DNA of 63,958 nucleotides, counting the filler, from Dimorphilus gyrociliatus (lineage: Eukaryota; Animalia; Annelida): assembly GCA_904063045.1 (NCBI GenBank). It is 4 parts of 4 records of this genome, joined end to end, with 100 filler letters (N's around TTAATTAATTAA, not from the genome) between each part and the next. Parts side by side here need not be neighbours in the genome. Positions count along the whole stretch, not along the records: positions 1 to 18,837 come from CAJFCJ010000201.1; 3 more parts are not named here. One strand, written 5' to 3'. The notes beneath the pieces were generated by a model, which was given only the letters and a program-made list of their open reading frames with translations, was not told where the DNA came from and searched no databases. Shown here in pieces: positions 1 through 12,711 of the stretch. Numbering within the stretch: position 1 is the stretch's first letter; every line of letters begins with the position of its first letter. A program made the translations under genes and the position numbers.

Positions 1-1581
1 TTATATCTCCACAGGGACCATGTATCATATGTTTGAGCACCTTAGATTGTAAAATTTTATCATTATTTGGTATCTCTGCAGATACCACCTCATTTATTCG
101 CTCAACTGTTTCTATTTTATTTTTTTTATCCAGAATAATTAATATGTGAGCATGTGGGAGGCCTCTTTTCTGGAACTCAATGGTATATATAAAAGCCTCT
201 ATTTTACCAAATATTTTATTTTTAATTAAGTCTTTTTTAAGCTTATATAGTTTTAGTTTAAATACTCGAGCTACTAAATCTGGCCTGTCAGATGCTGTTT
301 GGCCATCAAAGAGGTTTTCTTTTATTTCCTTCCAGTTGGGATTACATGTCATTGTTATGAAAAGATCTGGCTTTCCATACTTCCCAACTATTGCCATTGC
401 GTCATTATATCTCTCTCTCATGTTACGCGGAGAGCCTTGGAAGGTTGATGGTAATATAATAGGATGGCCTATGTCCTCTGTATCATTATTTAGACTATCC
501 ATTAGTCCTCTATACTTTTCTACTCTTAATTTATTTTGATTGAGTCTTATATAGTTTAAATTATTGGCTTCCACCTGTAGATAAGAGTCTATGATCCATT
601 GCTGGAATAGTCTTGAGCCATATAATAGAGGATTAAATTCATCTAGTCTGACTGCAGTCTGTGATACTTTGTGCTGCAGCATGGATTTCTTTTTACCACC
701 ATTTGTTAGACTTGTACTCCATCCCTTTTCACCATATGGATAAAATAATGAGTATACCATTGGATCGAGGTATTGACTTAGTATATCTATTCTATTTATT
801 TCTATTTTTAGGATACACCTTTATATCTCGATACATTGGTGGTTCTCCATTAAAGTCATTAAATACCATTGCTACTTCGTCCGTCTTTTTGGTACTGAAT
901 CTTTTCTTTAGCCGTCCTTTCTGTTTGCTATCATCTACCAGCTCCATATTGAGAAGGCCTGTAGATGTTTCCTTTTCGACTTGAGAGATATTTTTATAAC
1001 TTTTAGCAAATGGATTTGACTCTCTCATTAAATTATCCAGGTTTTGTAAGATATTTTTTTGACAGCCTGCATTTGCTTTGTTATTTAATCTTATATCAGT
1101 TGCCATTTCATTATCGACAACATATAGCTGTGCATATTTCTTTTGAATATCTCCATTATCTAATATAATGGATGGTAGCTGTGGTGGTATGTTTGCCCAT
1201 GTATCTTTAAACAATATGGACCACCACTATGCTTATTAGTTTTAAGACCAAATGAAGCAAAAGATATGGCCTATTATAGGATCTGGTATTTTTTTTAAAG
1301 TTTTTGTGGTCTTTATTTTTTTTTATTTGTTAACAGATCTTTTAGATATACGGGATAATCTGCTCTACTCTGTATGTCTACTTTACCAGCATGGCAACAG
1401 CTTTTGCCTATTTTGTTAGTACTTCTTTCTTCATCAAGTTTTAAAGAATTAAAGAAACTACATACTTTGTCCAATTAGTGTTCTTGGACTGTATTTTCAT
1501 TGTTATTAATCACATTTTCAGTGATTTTATTAATTTTAAAAATAACTTTAAGAGGTGATGATTTGTTATCATTCATGCATA
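1..1581 (-). mobile_element. Helitron Rep/helicase element, 5' part (runs off window start; frameshifted)
   Basis: Manual minus-strand translation of ~1-560 gives LPSTFQGSPRNMRERYNDAMAIVGKYGKPDLFITMTCNPNW...DRPDLVARVF...YTIEFQKRGLPHAHIL (Helitron Rep motifs incl. HUH). ORF 792-1214 (YAQLYVVD...ESNPFAKSY) matches the Helitron N-terminal region. 1250-1581 is homologous to 57700-58039. Confidence 0.93.
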
Positions 1582-1679
1582 CAGGGAGGTTCATAATTAT
1601 GATTTTTTTAAAATAAATAAAAGTTTAATAATATTTTTTATTCACTATTAAACATAGCATGTGCTCTATCTCAGAACGC

Positions 1680-2390
1680 TATATAAGAGTCGTTTATATT
1701 GCTGCCCACTATTTCCATGCAATTTCAATATTTCTTTTTAAATACAGGCCCGTTGTAGCTCTTAACCTCATTGCGTTTAAATAATCTTTCAAAGTTCCAA
1801 ACACATTTTTGATAGGATTCAAATTAGGGGAGTATGCAGGAAGATATTGTACTTCGACTCCATAATCATTACAAGCCTCTACTATAATGGCACTGTGGTG
1901 GAACCTAGCATTGTACATTACAGCCAATGCCCCAATAAAAAGTTGTTTATCGTTACACTTGCTTAAAAAATCACAAAAAAGGTCTTTGTTAAATGCACCA
2001 TCAACGATCTTATAATGCTCTATACCATTTCTCGAGATGATAGCACATAAAGATCTGTTTTTGCCACTACTATTGGGATAATGTAGCTCAGGATCCGTGC
2101 CTGTAACAGCATACCCATAATTAATAGAAGTATGTTGGTTAAAGTCTGACTCATCTGAAAACAGAATGTTTCTGTTAGTATGCTTCAGAACCTTGCTACA
2201 AAACTCTACTCTAGCCCGTTTATTAGACTCAGTAAGCTCCCCCAAAGGTTTAGTTTTTAACCTTTTTCTTTTGAAGCCAATAGCTTTGACATCATGATTC
2301 AGCTGTAGTAATGAAATCCTGGGAAGATAACCTACTCTGGTTATATACTTGTGTTAAAGAGTTGTCTCTGCCAGATATCTCACATATTTC
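1680..2390 (-). mobile_element. IS630/Tc1-family DDE transposase relic
   Basis: ORF 1709-2245 has ILFSDES, MYNARFHH (degenerate MDNA..H) and YLPAYSPNLNPIKNVF. The 5' side is cut by the MITE at 2391. Confidence 0.88.
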
Positions 2391-3033
2391 GGATCAACTC
2401 CAAAATTTCCCCTATTAATTTAAATCCAACTCAAGTCTAAAATTTCCTCGTCTACTTTTTTTTATGCCACAACAAGGCGCATTCATTAGAACAATTGAAT
2501 TGTTTCTATCAAACTTTTTTTTTCTTTACCTTATCAAGCACAGATAGATGGCTTCATAAGTAAGGGGTATAATTAGTAGTATGATATAGTGTATCATAGA
2601 GAAAATTTTGTAAGCGAAACGGCACCCATACTCAAGCAGTTGAGTCTTTTCACAACTGCTTGAAAAAAGAAATAAAAATAAGAAAAGGCGTAAGAACAGA
2701 TAAACGCAAGCCTTTTTAAATGAATTTTGTTTTTTATTTAACAATAAGCATAGAATGGGAGATCCAGTCTTTGATTTATTAAAATTCTTTTAGCTATTTA
2801 TAACATGTCATTTATTTGATTATTTTTATTATTTATTTTTTATTTATTTCGAAATTTATATTTAATCATAAATCATAATTATTATTTATTTGATTATAAA
2901 AATTTGTTTTATTTTTTTATTATTTAGTTATTTTAGATAGAAAATATATTTTCTAGAAGGTAATTTCTTATTTGGACTCATGAGTAAAATTTCCCCCTCC
3001 CCCTTCCTTGGGGAGAAATTTTACTCATGATCC
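2391..3033. mobile_element. Non-autonomous TIR element (MITE), Merlin-like GGATC termini, copy 1
   Basis: Starts GGATCAACTCCAAAATTTCCC and ends GAGAAATTTTACTCATGATCC. The internal sequence aligns by eye with 6571-7297. Confidence 0.75.
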
Positions 3034-5599
3034 TATTCTTGGACATCAGCTATTCACATAAATAAGGATGAAGACATTGAAATTACGAAAATATAAGCTA
3101 AAAACGAACTAGATGATTCTCTTGATAAAATGAAAGATAATAGATTGATTATTAATAATTTAAAACACAAGAGTGAAAATTCTTTCTATGGTGAAATCAT
3201 CTTTTCTAATGATAAAGACCAGAAAATTTTGGATTTGATTTTAGATTTAAAACAAATTTTGTACCTTTATGAAAATCTGAAAGAAAAAAATTATTAAAAA
3301 CAAAGTGGGCTTAGTATTTATAAAGAGACCAAAATATATAAGCTTTCCAATACCACCTTAGAAAGTATCTAAACAATAATCCTAAACGAAGTGTGTCAAA
3401 CAAAGTTAAAGCTTTATTTAATAATTGTTTACAGGCGAGATTGAAAAACGAGTATTTCCACGTTTCTCCACAAGCATATAGACTAATAGACTATATAAAA
3501 GAAAACTGTACAGTAATAGATAAATTACTAAAAATAAATAAGAGCGCCTATAAAGTCCTTTATAAGAAAATGTAAGAGCATCCAAAAGAGGATGTAAATA
3601 TCAACAAATATGATTTGTTTGATTTGTGTACTATGCTTAAGTATTACCTTCAAGTGTATTAAAGGGTTTACTGACGAAGGAGGCTATTAAGTCAATAGTT
3701 TGCATTTTTATAAATAAAGACTATAAAGATCTCAAAAAGATATCACGTTATTTGAGAGGCATCTCTTTGGTAAGAGAAGAAGATTTTTGACTACTATTTT
3801 AAACTTGTATATTAAACCAAACAAAAAGTAAAGGTAGAAGTTTGCTGGGGATAGGCAGTTTATTGAGCTGTGCCTTCCGTTTTTTTTGAAAAATAGGTTC
3901 TTGTTAGTGTTTTTATTTATACTATGCAAAAGAAGCTTAAACAATAGAATAACATATAAAGCCTTTAGGCGATTTATTAATGTTAGCTTTATGGATAAAA
4001 TTTTACCAGAGTAGAATAAAAAACTATAAATCCTTTTTAATATACAAATAAAGCTGTCCAACATTTAATTAACATTTTTTAGATAAGAATGAAAAAAAAT
4101 AACAAAGGTAAAAATCCTTTTTCATCCATTATATTTATGTAATCTATAAACCCCCTCGAATGTGTCGTAAACAGACTTCTATTATTCAGGAGAAAATAAC
4201 AAGGATTATAGACCTTGGAAGTACAAAAAAAAATACTAAAAGCTCAAAAGACCTGGCAGGGGGTATGGAATGATAAAAAATATAAGAATTTATATAAAAA
4301 GGAAAGGGGCTGGTTTGTGCTCTATTTATAAAAAAGATAATATTGATCATTCTTTTAAGATGAAGGCCAAAAAGTGGCTCCGTTTATTGTCACAAGGAAC
4401 TGAAGTCTGAAATAATTAAATATACTCAAACAAATCATAATATGCACAAAAGTATAAGTTTATTAACACCCTTACTATAGTATTATTATTGAGGTATCAA
4501 TAAATACTGTCAAAATTTGAAATATAGAGAAGGTGGTTATATAGGCCCAATAGCTTCTTAGATCGAGTATCATTTAATTATTTTAATACTTACTAAAAAC
4601 AATGTATAAGATAATATGTAGTTGGTTTATATAATATGGTAAGGAAGTAAAGATCAATGGGAAATACGATGTTATGAGGGGAGTAGTAAAATAATCAGTA
4701 GAATAACACTGATACATAAGCAAAGGGATATATTTGTATGGATGATTAATAATGAGATATTAGTTTCCGATAGCTATTCCAAAATTAAATGCTTTGTATT
4801 CCATCAATATAGTAATCCAAAGCATACTATAGCCTAGAAGTATAAGAACGTTGAAAATCCCAACAACAACATGTTCTTAGTTGATTCTCTAATTTCTTAT
4901 TTGAATAAAATCAAATAGAATGGGTAATTTTACAGAAAAAATACCGAGGTATGAATTTAGACGTGCATAAGATTTACTTAATAAAGTAAATAAATTAGAG
5001 AATTAATTAAGAAAACGAGTTATGTATATTCAAAAACAAAAGGTAGTGTAACATAGTATTAAATAATTAGATCGAACTTTCCTCTGCATCAACAAATCTA
5101 AATCTTGACTAAAATGGTAAATAGATTATTCTATAAAAGTATATAGGGATATTAAACATTGAAATTCGTATAAAGGACTTTTTATAATAAAGTTAAATTA
5201 TATAGGAATGTTTTTGTCTAACCAATTTTATATATACTGTACATATTCATTATCAATTATCATTAAGTTTAATATAGCATATAATTTTATTTATTGTTAT
5301 GTATCAATAAGTTGCTTGTATCAATAAGATGTAGACCAAGTTACCATGAGCTTTTTTTTTAACTTATAGGATATTTTAGTATAAATTTTTCTTTTTTAAG
5401 TCTTATTGTATCAAAGGATGCAATGAAATTAATGAAAGCTTTTTATACTTATTTTAATAGAAAAAACATTTTTTAAAGTATATTCACAAAAAATTTAATT
5501 ATTAAATTGTTTCTTAATAAGTAAGCAGGTTGGTATGTCTAACATTTCGGAAAGAGATCTTATCATCTCATATATTTTAACTAAAAGCGTTCGTGAGTT

Positions 5600-6560
5600 C
5601 GATGATAGGTCTAAAAACGTGCATTCCTCAAAAATTACAGAATTTTGTCTATATTTATGGTAAAATATTCTATAAAAAAATATTGAAAAGAAAAAGATAA
5701 TTTTATCTGATGATTTTTATAGAAAAGAGCTGTTTTGGCAATTCACATGTAACGGGCCATTCTGGAATAGTTTCTATGGCAAATTATATTAACAGATCAT
5801 ATTTAGGAATTAAAATTAGTGAAATTGCTCAGTTTGTGCGAAGTTGTGATAAGTGTCAAAGAAGTACTAGAATTTAGTCAGAGAGCTCTATAACTGCAAT
5901 TACATCAGAGTATTTTAGACACCGAATTATGATAGATCTTGTTGAGCTATTACAATATAGAGATAAAACGAGGGATATCGATATATATTTAATATAATTG
6001 AAACTTTTACTAAATTTGCATTTTCTTTTGCTACAAAGTAAAAACTGCTATTCCCCTCTCGCGTATACTAACAAACCTTTTATATTCAGAAGGTAAATTT
6101 GGCATTATTAATACAGATAACGGTAGTGGGGGTATTAACAGGGAGTAACTAGAATTTGCAATGTTTGGGGAGTAGAAAGGATTCATGGAAGACCAAGACT
6201 CCCACAATCACAGGGGCAGATAAAAAATCTAATTTTACAATTAAAGAAAAAAGTAAAGAAGCATTATAATTAGGGAGTAATAAATGGGTTGATAAAGTGG
6301 ATTGTTTTTATATGAATATAATAATTCTCAGTATAGTGCTACAAAGCACACACTATTTTATATTTACAGAGGTGCGTTTAATAGTCCTAATACCCTTAAC
6401 TTACAGAAAATTGTCGAATTAAATGATATAAGGAGTCAAATAATAAATCATGCCAATCGATATGTCAATGAATATAACTTAAGAATTGTTAGGTGTGATT
6501 TTGATAACAGAAACTGCATACTACTCGCAAAAGATTTGATATGAATATCCAATGTAGAAG
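5600..6560 (+). mobile_element. Degraded Ginger-like (rve integrase) transposase
   Basis: Fragments read GHSG/..RSCDKCQ (zinc finger), RIMIDLV, FTKFAFSF, NTDNG, HGRPRLPQSQGQI and YNNSQYSATKHT, with multiple stops and frameshifts. Same family as 51389-53174. Confidence 0.85.
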
Positions 6561-6570
6561 AAGAAGATCT

Positions 6571-7297
6571 GGATCAAGTCCAAAATTTCCCCCCTATTAA
6601 TATAAATCAGACTCATGTCTAAAATTCCCCCTCTACTTTTTTGTCGCCACAATAAGGCGACGACCTCATTAGAACAATTAAATGATTTCTTTTAAACTTT
6701 TTTCTTCTTTAGCTTATAAACCACAAATAGGCGGCGGTATAAGTAAGGGTGATAATTATTTGTATCATATAGTGTATCATAAAGAAAATTTTCTAACCGA
6801 AACGGCACACATTCTCAAACAGTTCGGCCTATTCACAATTACTTGAAAGATAAATTAAAATAAGAAAGGGCGTAATAACAAAAAAATTTCAACAATTTGT
6901 GAATGAATTCTGCTATATATGTAATAATCGTCATAGAATGGGAGACGCAATATTCGATTTATTAAAATTTTTCTAAGTATATTTTTTTTTCTTTTATTGT
7001 TTTTGTATATTATTTTGTTGTATTATTAATGTTTATATTTTTAGATTTATATATTATAGATTTATGATAGTATAATATTTTTTTACTATTCTGTTGATAG
7101 TATGATTTTAATCTATTCATTATAAATTTTCGCTTTTATTTTAACAATTTATTTTTTGACTGTTTAGTTTTTTTTGTATTTTTTAGTTAGACACAAGTCC
7201 AAAATTTCCCCCCCTATTTTTTTTAGTTAGACACAGGTCCAAAATTTCCCCCTGGGGGGAATTTTTGGACTTGATCCGGGGATTTTAGTCATGATCC
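6571..7297. mobile_element. Non-autonomous TIR element (MITE), copy 2
   Basis: Left TIR GGATCAAGTCCAAAATTTCCC; right GGGAATTTTTGGACTTGATCC (ends 7277) plus a second AGTCATGATCC end (7297). Subterminal GACACA(A/G)GTCCAAAATTTCCCC repeats at ~7192 and ~7221. Confidence 0.8.
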
Positions 7298-7299
7298 GG

Positions 7300-7825
7300 A
7301 TTTCTGTAGTTTCTAGGCCAAAAAGAGGGAGGTCATTGTCAGGGGAATCTGCTTATATTAATGTACCTGCAGCAAGAAGCAGAAATATATCAATAGTAGC
7401 TGCTATGAATAAATATGGAATGGTTTTTTGACAAAATACATGAGAAAGCTGTCAATAGAGAAGACTTTAAGCAGTCTTTAATAGAAATAAATAATAAATG
7501 TGGCGATATAGGAATAGAAAAGCCTATTTTTATTATGGATAATGCGAGAATTCATCATTATCGTGGATTAAATAGCGATGAATCTATCAACAGCTTTAGA
7601 ATTGTCTATCTACCACCTTATTCTCCGTTTCTAAATCCTATAGAAAATATTTTCTCTTCTGGAAGAATAGTATTATCAGGGAAGCTGTAGTTACAGAAGA
7701 ACGGCTAAGAAGGACTATTTCAAGAAAATTTGAAGACATTTCAGCTATTAGTTGTATAAGTTTTTATAGAAAAATGCTCGGTTACTTAAATAGGTGTATT
7801 AAACGCGAAGAAATATTAGAATAAA
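7300..7825 (+). mobile_element. IS630/Tc1-family transposase relic (C-terminal DDE half)
   Basis: Reads NISIVAAMNKYG...IFIMDNARIHH...YLPPYSPFLNPIENIFS, with frameshifts. Confidence 0.9.
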
Positions 7826-7879
7826 GATATTATATTTTGTGTTTTTTTATGATAAAATTTTCAAAATAAAAAATTATTA

Positions 7880-8690
7880 TATTGGTCGAAAAATTATTAT
7901 ATTGACTGCAACAGTTATTATATTGATCGACCCCCCATATAAATAATACCAATAAAAAAATATCTTTCATGACAATCAAGAGATATTTTAATAACCAAGA
8001 CGTTAAATCTTTTTCTCCAATCAACCCCCGACTTCTTAAGCCTATACATATTGAACAAAGGCTTAGAATATCAAAATAAATATACTTCAATTGGCCGAGT
8101 TCATACAAGAGAATTATGTTTACAGACGAAAGCAAATTTAATTGATATCAATCTGATGGAAAGGTTAAGGTTTGGAGGAAAAGAGGTGAAGGCTATAAAG
8201 GAAAAAATTTGATGCGAACAATAAAATTTGGAGGTGGAAGTGTAATGGTATTGGGATGTTTTAATTATAATGGTGTTGTTAGTATAAAAATAATAAAAAA
8301 TAAACTGAATGCACTAGGTTATATAGAAATCCTAAGAGATGAACTAAAGCCATCTGCTGAAAAATTAACAGGAAATGAATATATACTTCTACAGGACAAT
8401 GATCCTAAATATACAGCAAAATTAACTAAGGAATATATAGAAAGCCAAAATATAATACAAATACCATGGCCATCACAGTCGCCAGATCTTAGCCCAATAG
8501 AGAATTTATGGGATTATGTAAAAACTGAGATGAAAAAGTATAATGTTCGTACAATAGCTGAGTTAAAAACAACAATTATCCATGTATGACACCAAATACC
8601 AATAGAATTATGCCAAAAGTTAGCTTTATCATTCAAAAAAAGAATTTATGAATGTATTTTAATGATTAGACAATCATTAAAATATTAAAA
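7880..8690 (+). mobile_element. Tc1 (DD34E) transposase relic
   Basis: Reads DESKFN, VWRKRGE, TIKFGGGSVMVLGCF, LLQDNDPKY and WPSQSPDLSPIENLW. Confidence 0.93.
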
Positions 8691-9394
8691 AAAAATTAAA
8701 ACAATATTATTTATTCTTTATTTAAAAAAGTGAAATATATTAAGTATAAATCTACTCTATTGTGTTCTATTTATGATATTTACAAAATATTTTTTAGTAA
8801 AAAAAACAATATAACTTACTAATATGGTAGTAAACATACAAAAAAGCAATAAAATTTAATCAAATATACATCATTAATATAAAAAAAATATAATACACAA
8901 GTGGATATGGAAAGATATAGATTGTTTCATACATAATTAGCATTTTTCTGACTTAAAACAGCCATTTCCATTTTTGGAAAAACGTATAATCATATATCTT
9001 GAAAGCTGATAATTTATTATTGAGGGGTATGGTGCATTTTCAAAGTTTTCCTATATTTTATTCTTTATTCTAAGCATTAAAAATAACATATTTATAGAGT
9101 TGTATCTTTTTTTTTGTTACAAAAATCAAAAATTAAATCAAAAAGTGATCGAAATTAAAGTACAAAAAAAACAAATGACTATTTTAATGTAACTTTTATT
9201 GATGACCTTAAAAATAGTTTTTTAAAAACTAGATAAAACTTCCTTTATAAAAATCGTTGTATCTTTCTTTTTGTTACAAACTCTATATCCTTTAATATTA
9301 AAGTTTAAGCAATCTATTTTTCTTGAAAATTCTCCTTTGTCCCTGAAGCATGTTTCAGATTCTAAAGGATAAATACGAAAAAAATCAGTAAACA

Positions 9395-9793
9395 ATGTAT
9401 ACTGATCCATTTACCAATAGAACAAGCCCTATAAGATCTGAAATGAATGAAGGCCGTAGAGAGGAAAACTTTATAATAGTGAGAATAAGAGACGAAGATG
9501 GACATATAGTAACCATCAAATATCACAGACCTCAATTAAGTTATACATCCTTAATAATAGAGGCACTCGGAAGTAGTGAAGAAAAACTACTTAAATTAAG
9601 AGAAATAAATGAGAAAATTGGAGATAAGTACAAATTTTACTACTACAGTAAGGATAATTTGTATAATACTCTATGTTATACATTATGTAATGATAAAAAC
9701 TTTGTTAAAATTAAAAGTACAGCTGATAAAAGTAATAGAGGTGGAGATTATTGGATGGTTGATGTGAATCGTCATGCAACAGAAAATGAATAG
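9395..9793 (+). CDS. Divergent forkhead (winged-helix) domain protein
   Basis: RPQLSYTSLIIEAL..SEEKLLKLREI...KYKFY...KNFVKI......GGDYWMVD aligns to the forkhead consensus KPPYSY..LI..AI......LTL.EIY..I...YPYY...CFVKV......KG.YW..D. A CCC upstream of the second ATG (9443) suggests that may be the real start. Confidence 0.8.
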   Translation: MYTDPFTNRTSPIRSEMNEGRREENFIIVRIRDEDGHIVTIKYHRPQLSYTSLIIEALGSSEEKLLKLREINEKIGDKYKFYYYSKDNLYNTLCYTLCNDKNFVKIKSTADKSNRGGDYWMVDVNRHATENE

Positions 9794-9840
9794 AAAAAAG
9801 AGAGAAAAAGCTTATCAATTTACATTATATTGGCAACTTC

Positions 9841-10989
9841 GGATCAGGGGTAAAAATTTATCCTATTCAAAATTTTTAAAATTATAATTTAATAAATTCA
9901 TATCATTTTCAAAATTTATAAAACCGGAGTTATTCTTCTACATCACAATCTTTTAAATATTCATCGAGATTATTGCTACTATTACCTATTAATTTGGACT
10001 TGTGTCGAATAAAAAAATAGGGGAAAAATCCAAACTTATAACCCCTTAATAAATGAATTTAAATACTATTATAAGTTACAGAGACGATACAGAAAGGCTT
10101 ATTAGCTTTCTAGGATCAATTAATCTCCTCAAAACTTTTATTTATTGTAAAGGTTCCAATTCAATTTTAAGATTAGTAAAATTCAAAAGGAATGTGGATA
10201 AATCTGCATTTAGATTTTTTAAAAAAATTGTAACTTTTTCCTAAAGTATATCCAGTGGAGGAAAATTCGTTTTTTAATAAATACAAAATCGAACTATATG
10301 ATATTTTATTAATTTTATATTATAAATATTAATTTACCCCTAGGTAGAGCTATATAGAAACTTTGGAATTGATAGAAATGTAGTGAAGAAAATAGACAAA
10401 CATTTGTTAGAAATATATGATCGGAAATGACCGAAACACCATTATTTTTAAGTGGGGAAGGAGATATTTTACAGATAGATGAGTGAATGTTTCATTATAA
10501 ACAGAAATACCATGTTGGCCGTAAAAGTCAAACAGATAGGTGGGTATTTGCTATGGTGTATACTTCATCCCCCCTTCCAAATGTATTGTAAAAATGTACC
10601 AAATCGGAGAGCTCGTGTCTTATACCAATAATTAAAGCTAAACGTATGATCGGTACTATAATATGAAGCGATGAGTGGCTGCATATAATAGAGTTAATAA
10701 TACATATGACCAAGATACAGTAAATCATAGGTTATATTTCGTACAACCAGAGACTGGAACTCATACCCGAAACATTGAGGACCTCTGGGCAAAGTTAAAG
10801 TATAGTTTAAGAAAAAAAGAGGAGTTGGAACTGGTTCATTAGACCAAATGTTAATGGAATGGTCATATATAAATAACTATACTAATAGTTTTGAAAATTT
10901 TTGATTAAGTTTAGGTAATTAAAAGTAGTTTATTTAATTTTCACAATTTTATTGAAAAATTTTTATGATAGGGGAAAAAGCTCCGATCC
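9841..10989 (+). mobile_element. Merlin (ISXO2/IS1016-like) transposon relic
   Basis: Reads GDILQIDE*MFHYKQKYHVGR...WVFAMV, SDEWAAY, TVNH..YFVQPETGTHTRNIEDLWAKLK. GGATC...GATCC imperfect TIRs; degenerate flanks GCAACTTC/AAAACTTT. Confidence 0.88.
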
Positions 10990-11114
10990 AAAACTTTGGA
11001 CTTCTGTCTAACTGCAAAAATACAAAAAAAGAATTAATAGTTTAAAATATATTATTGAAATAAAAACAAGAATTTATAATATATAGTTTAAAATCATACT
11101 ATCATTGGATTATA

Positions 11115-12711
11115 GCGGTGTGCACCAACTCGTCAGGAGGCGAGTTGGTGACATAAGAAGAAATTTTTTTTTTAAAATTTTTTAAAAAGAACTATAAATA
11201 AATTTAACTTTCGAGTAACCATTCGATTATATTTCATAAAGCAACTGACCCTCTATTATTAGTAAACATTTCATAATTTTTTATTGCTAATTGCAACTTA
11301 TACTCTTTTTTTAGATCATTATTAGGAATTTCAATTGTCCTCCCTGATAAAGCTTGTATTGTTCTATATCTACTTCTTTCTTCTTCCTCACAGATCAGCT
11401 CATAAAATCTTGCTATATTAGATGAGCTATAACTGATTCTTGGTTAGGCTTCTATGCCATGCTTCATTATATTGGTTGTTCTGGAATATTGTTCTTAACT
11501 CTATCAAAACATGACCAAAACTCAGTGTTATATCCCGGTTGAATGAATGTACGATTCGAAAATCTGCCTATATACGTTTTTTCGAAATAATCGAATACCC
11601 CCTATGTTTTTCATAGTTTTCAGATATTATTGTCAAATTTTTAATTTTATGGAAAACATTTAATACATCTTCCACAGGATAAAAACCTAGATTCAGCAAT
11701 TTTCTAATTAAATTACGATCTTCTTTATTCATTTTATATTCTCTTGTAGTCCTAATTTCTGGACATGTTTCCAAGTAGCCTGGCTAAAATGAAAACTGCA
11801 ACCAAACAGTTTTGAACTGATAAAACTGATTTAGAGCATTGATAAGTGCCAGCTCGAAACCTATTATTATAAATTTCGGAGATAATGAAGAGTTTAGTTT
11901 AATATAATCAAAACAATTTTTATACAAAGATTCTGTTTTGTTGGCCATTAATATAAAACATATATGATAAAATTTATTATAATTTGCCCTTGCTTCGTAA
12001 TTAATTGATGAGCTCATGTGGTATGCTTTGAAAGTACCATCAATTAAAACTATTTAACTTTTTAGCACTATTTTTTTGGTATCCTGTTTGAAATATAACG
12101 AGTCTATTTTTTGTTTCAATACCAGAGTCAATTCAAGAATTTATCTCCTCTAAAGTTGTTGTGGAGGCTTTTTGGAAAATCAGGAATAGTTGGTTTTATC
12201 CAGAGAACTTGATATTTTTGAGTCTATTAACATAGTTTTTCAATGATTTTTCTATTGGCATTGAGGGAACTAATTCGGGGTTAACTTCTGACATAGTCGA
12301 ACGACTATGTCAGAAGTTCTTTCATTGGAGGCTAAGGCTTTCTTTTTAATTTGCTCCTTTTTAGATGAACTTCAATTTTTTATGATCTACATCATGATCA
12401 GTTGAACTAAAACACTAAATTTTCTTTATCTTCAACAAGCCTTCCTTTACATGTTCGCTGCTGACATCTCCAAAACCTTTTTTCATCATTAGCACTGTAT
12501 AAATTATAAATATATCCATCTAAAATAGCAACTGGTTTTCCTCTTTGACTTTCACTAAAATAACACCTGATATTTAAAGGCTATTTTTTTTAAAAAACTT
12601 TTTTCTAAAAAATTTAATGAAAACTTTTCTTCTTATGTCATCAACTCGCCTCATGGCGAATTGGTGCATTTTACTCTTTAAGATAGGTTGTGACGAGTTG
12701 GTGCTGTGCCG
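11115..12711 (-). mobile_element. Mutator-like (MULE) transposon relic with TIRs
   Basis: Reads DGTFKAY, ICFILMANKTESLY, IIIGFELALINAL and C.FHFSQATW (MULE core). Inverted termini TGCACCAACTCGTCAGGAGGCGAGTTGGTGACATAAGAAGAAA at ~11120 and ~12625-12668. Confidence 0.87.

Noticed and set aside
180-984. Plus-strand ORFs 180-539 and 661-984, and similar shadows (48370-48588, 55094-55663, 59245-59541, 60529-60887, 62215-62442, 63395-63646)
   Set aside because: They are antisense to recognised coding regions and have no independent motifs.
3040-5100. Coding-like relics (RIYIKRKGAGL resembling non-LTR RLYLPR..GRGL; LKIPTTTCS resembling the hAT dimerisation motif)
   Set aside because: Motifs are too short and interrupted to assign without a profile search.
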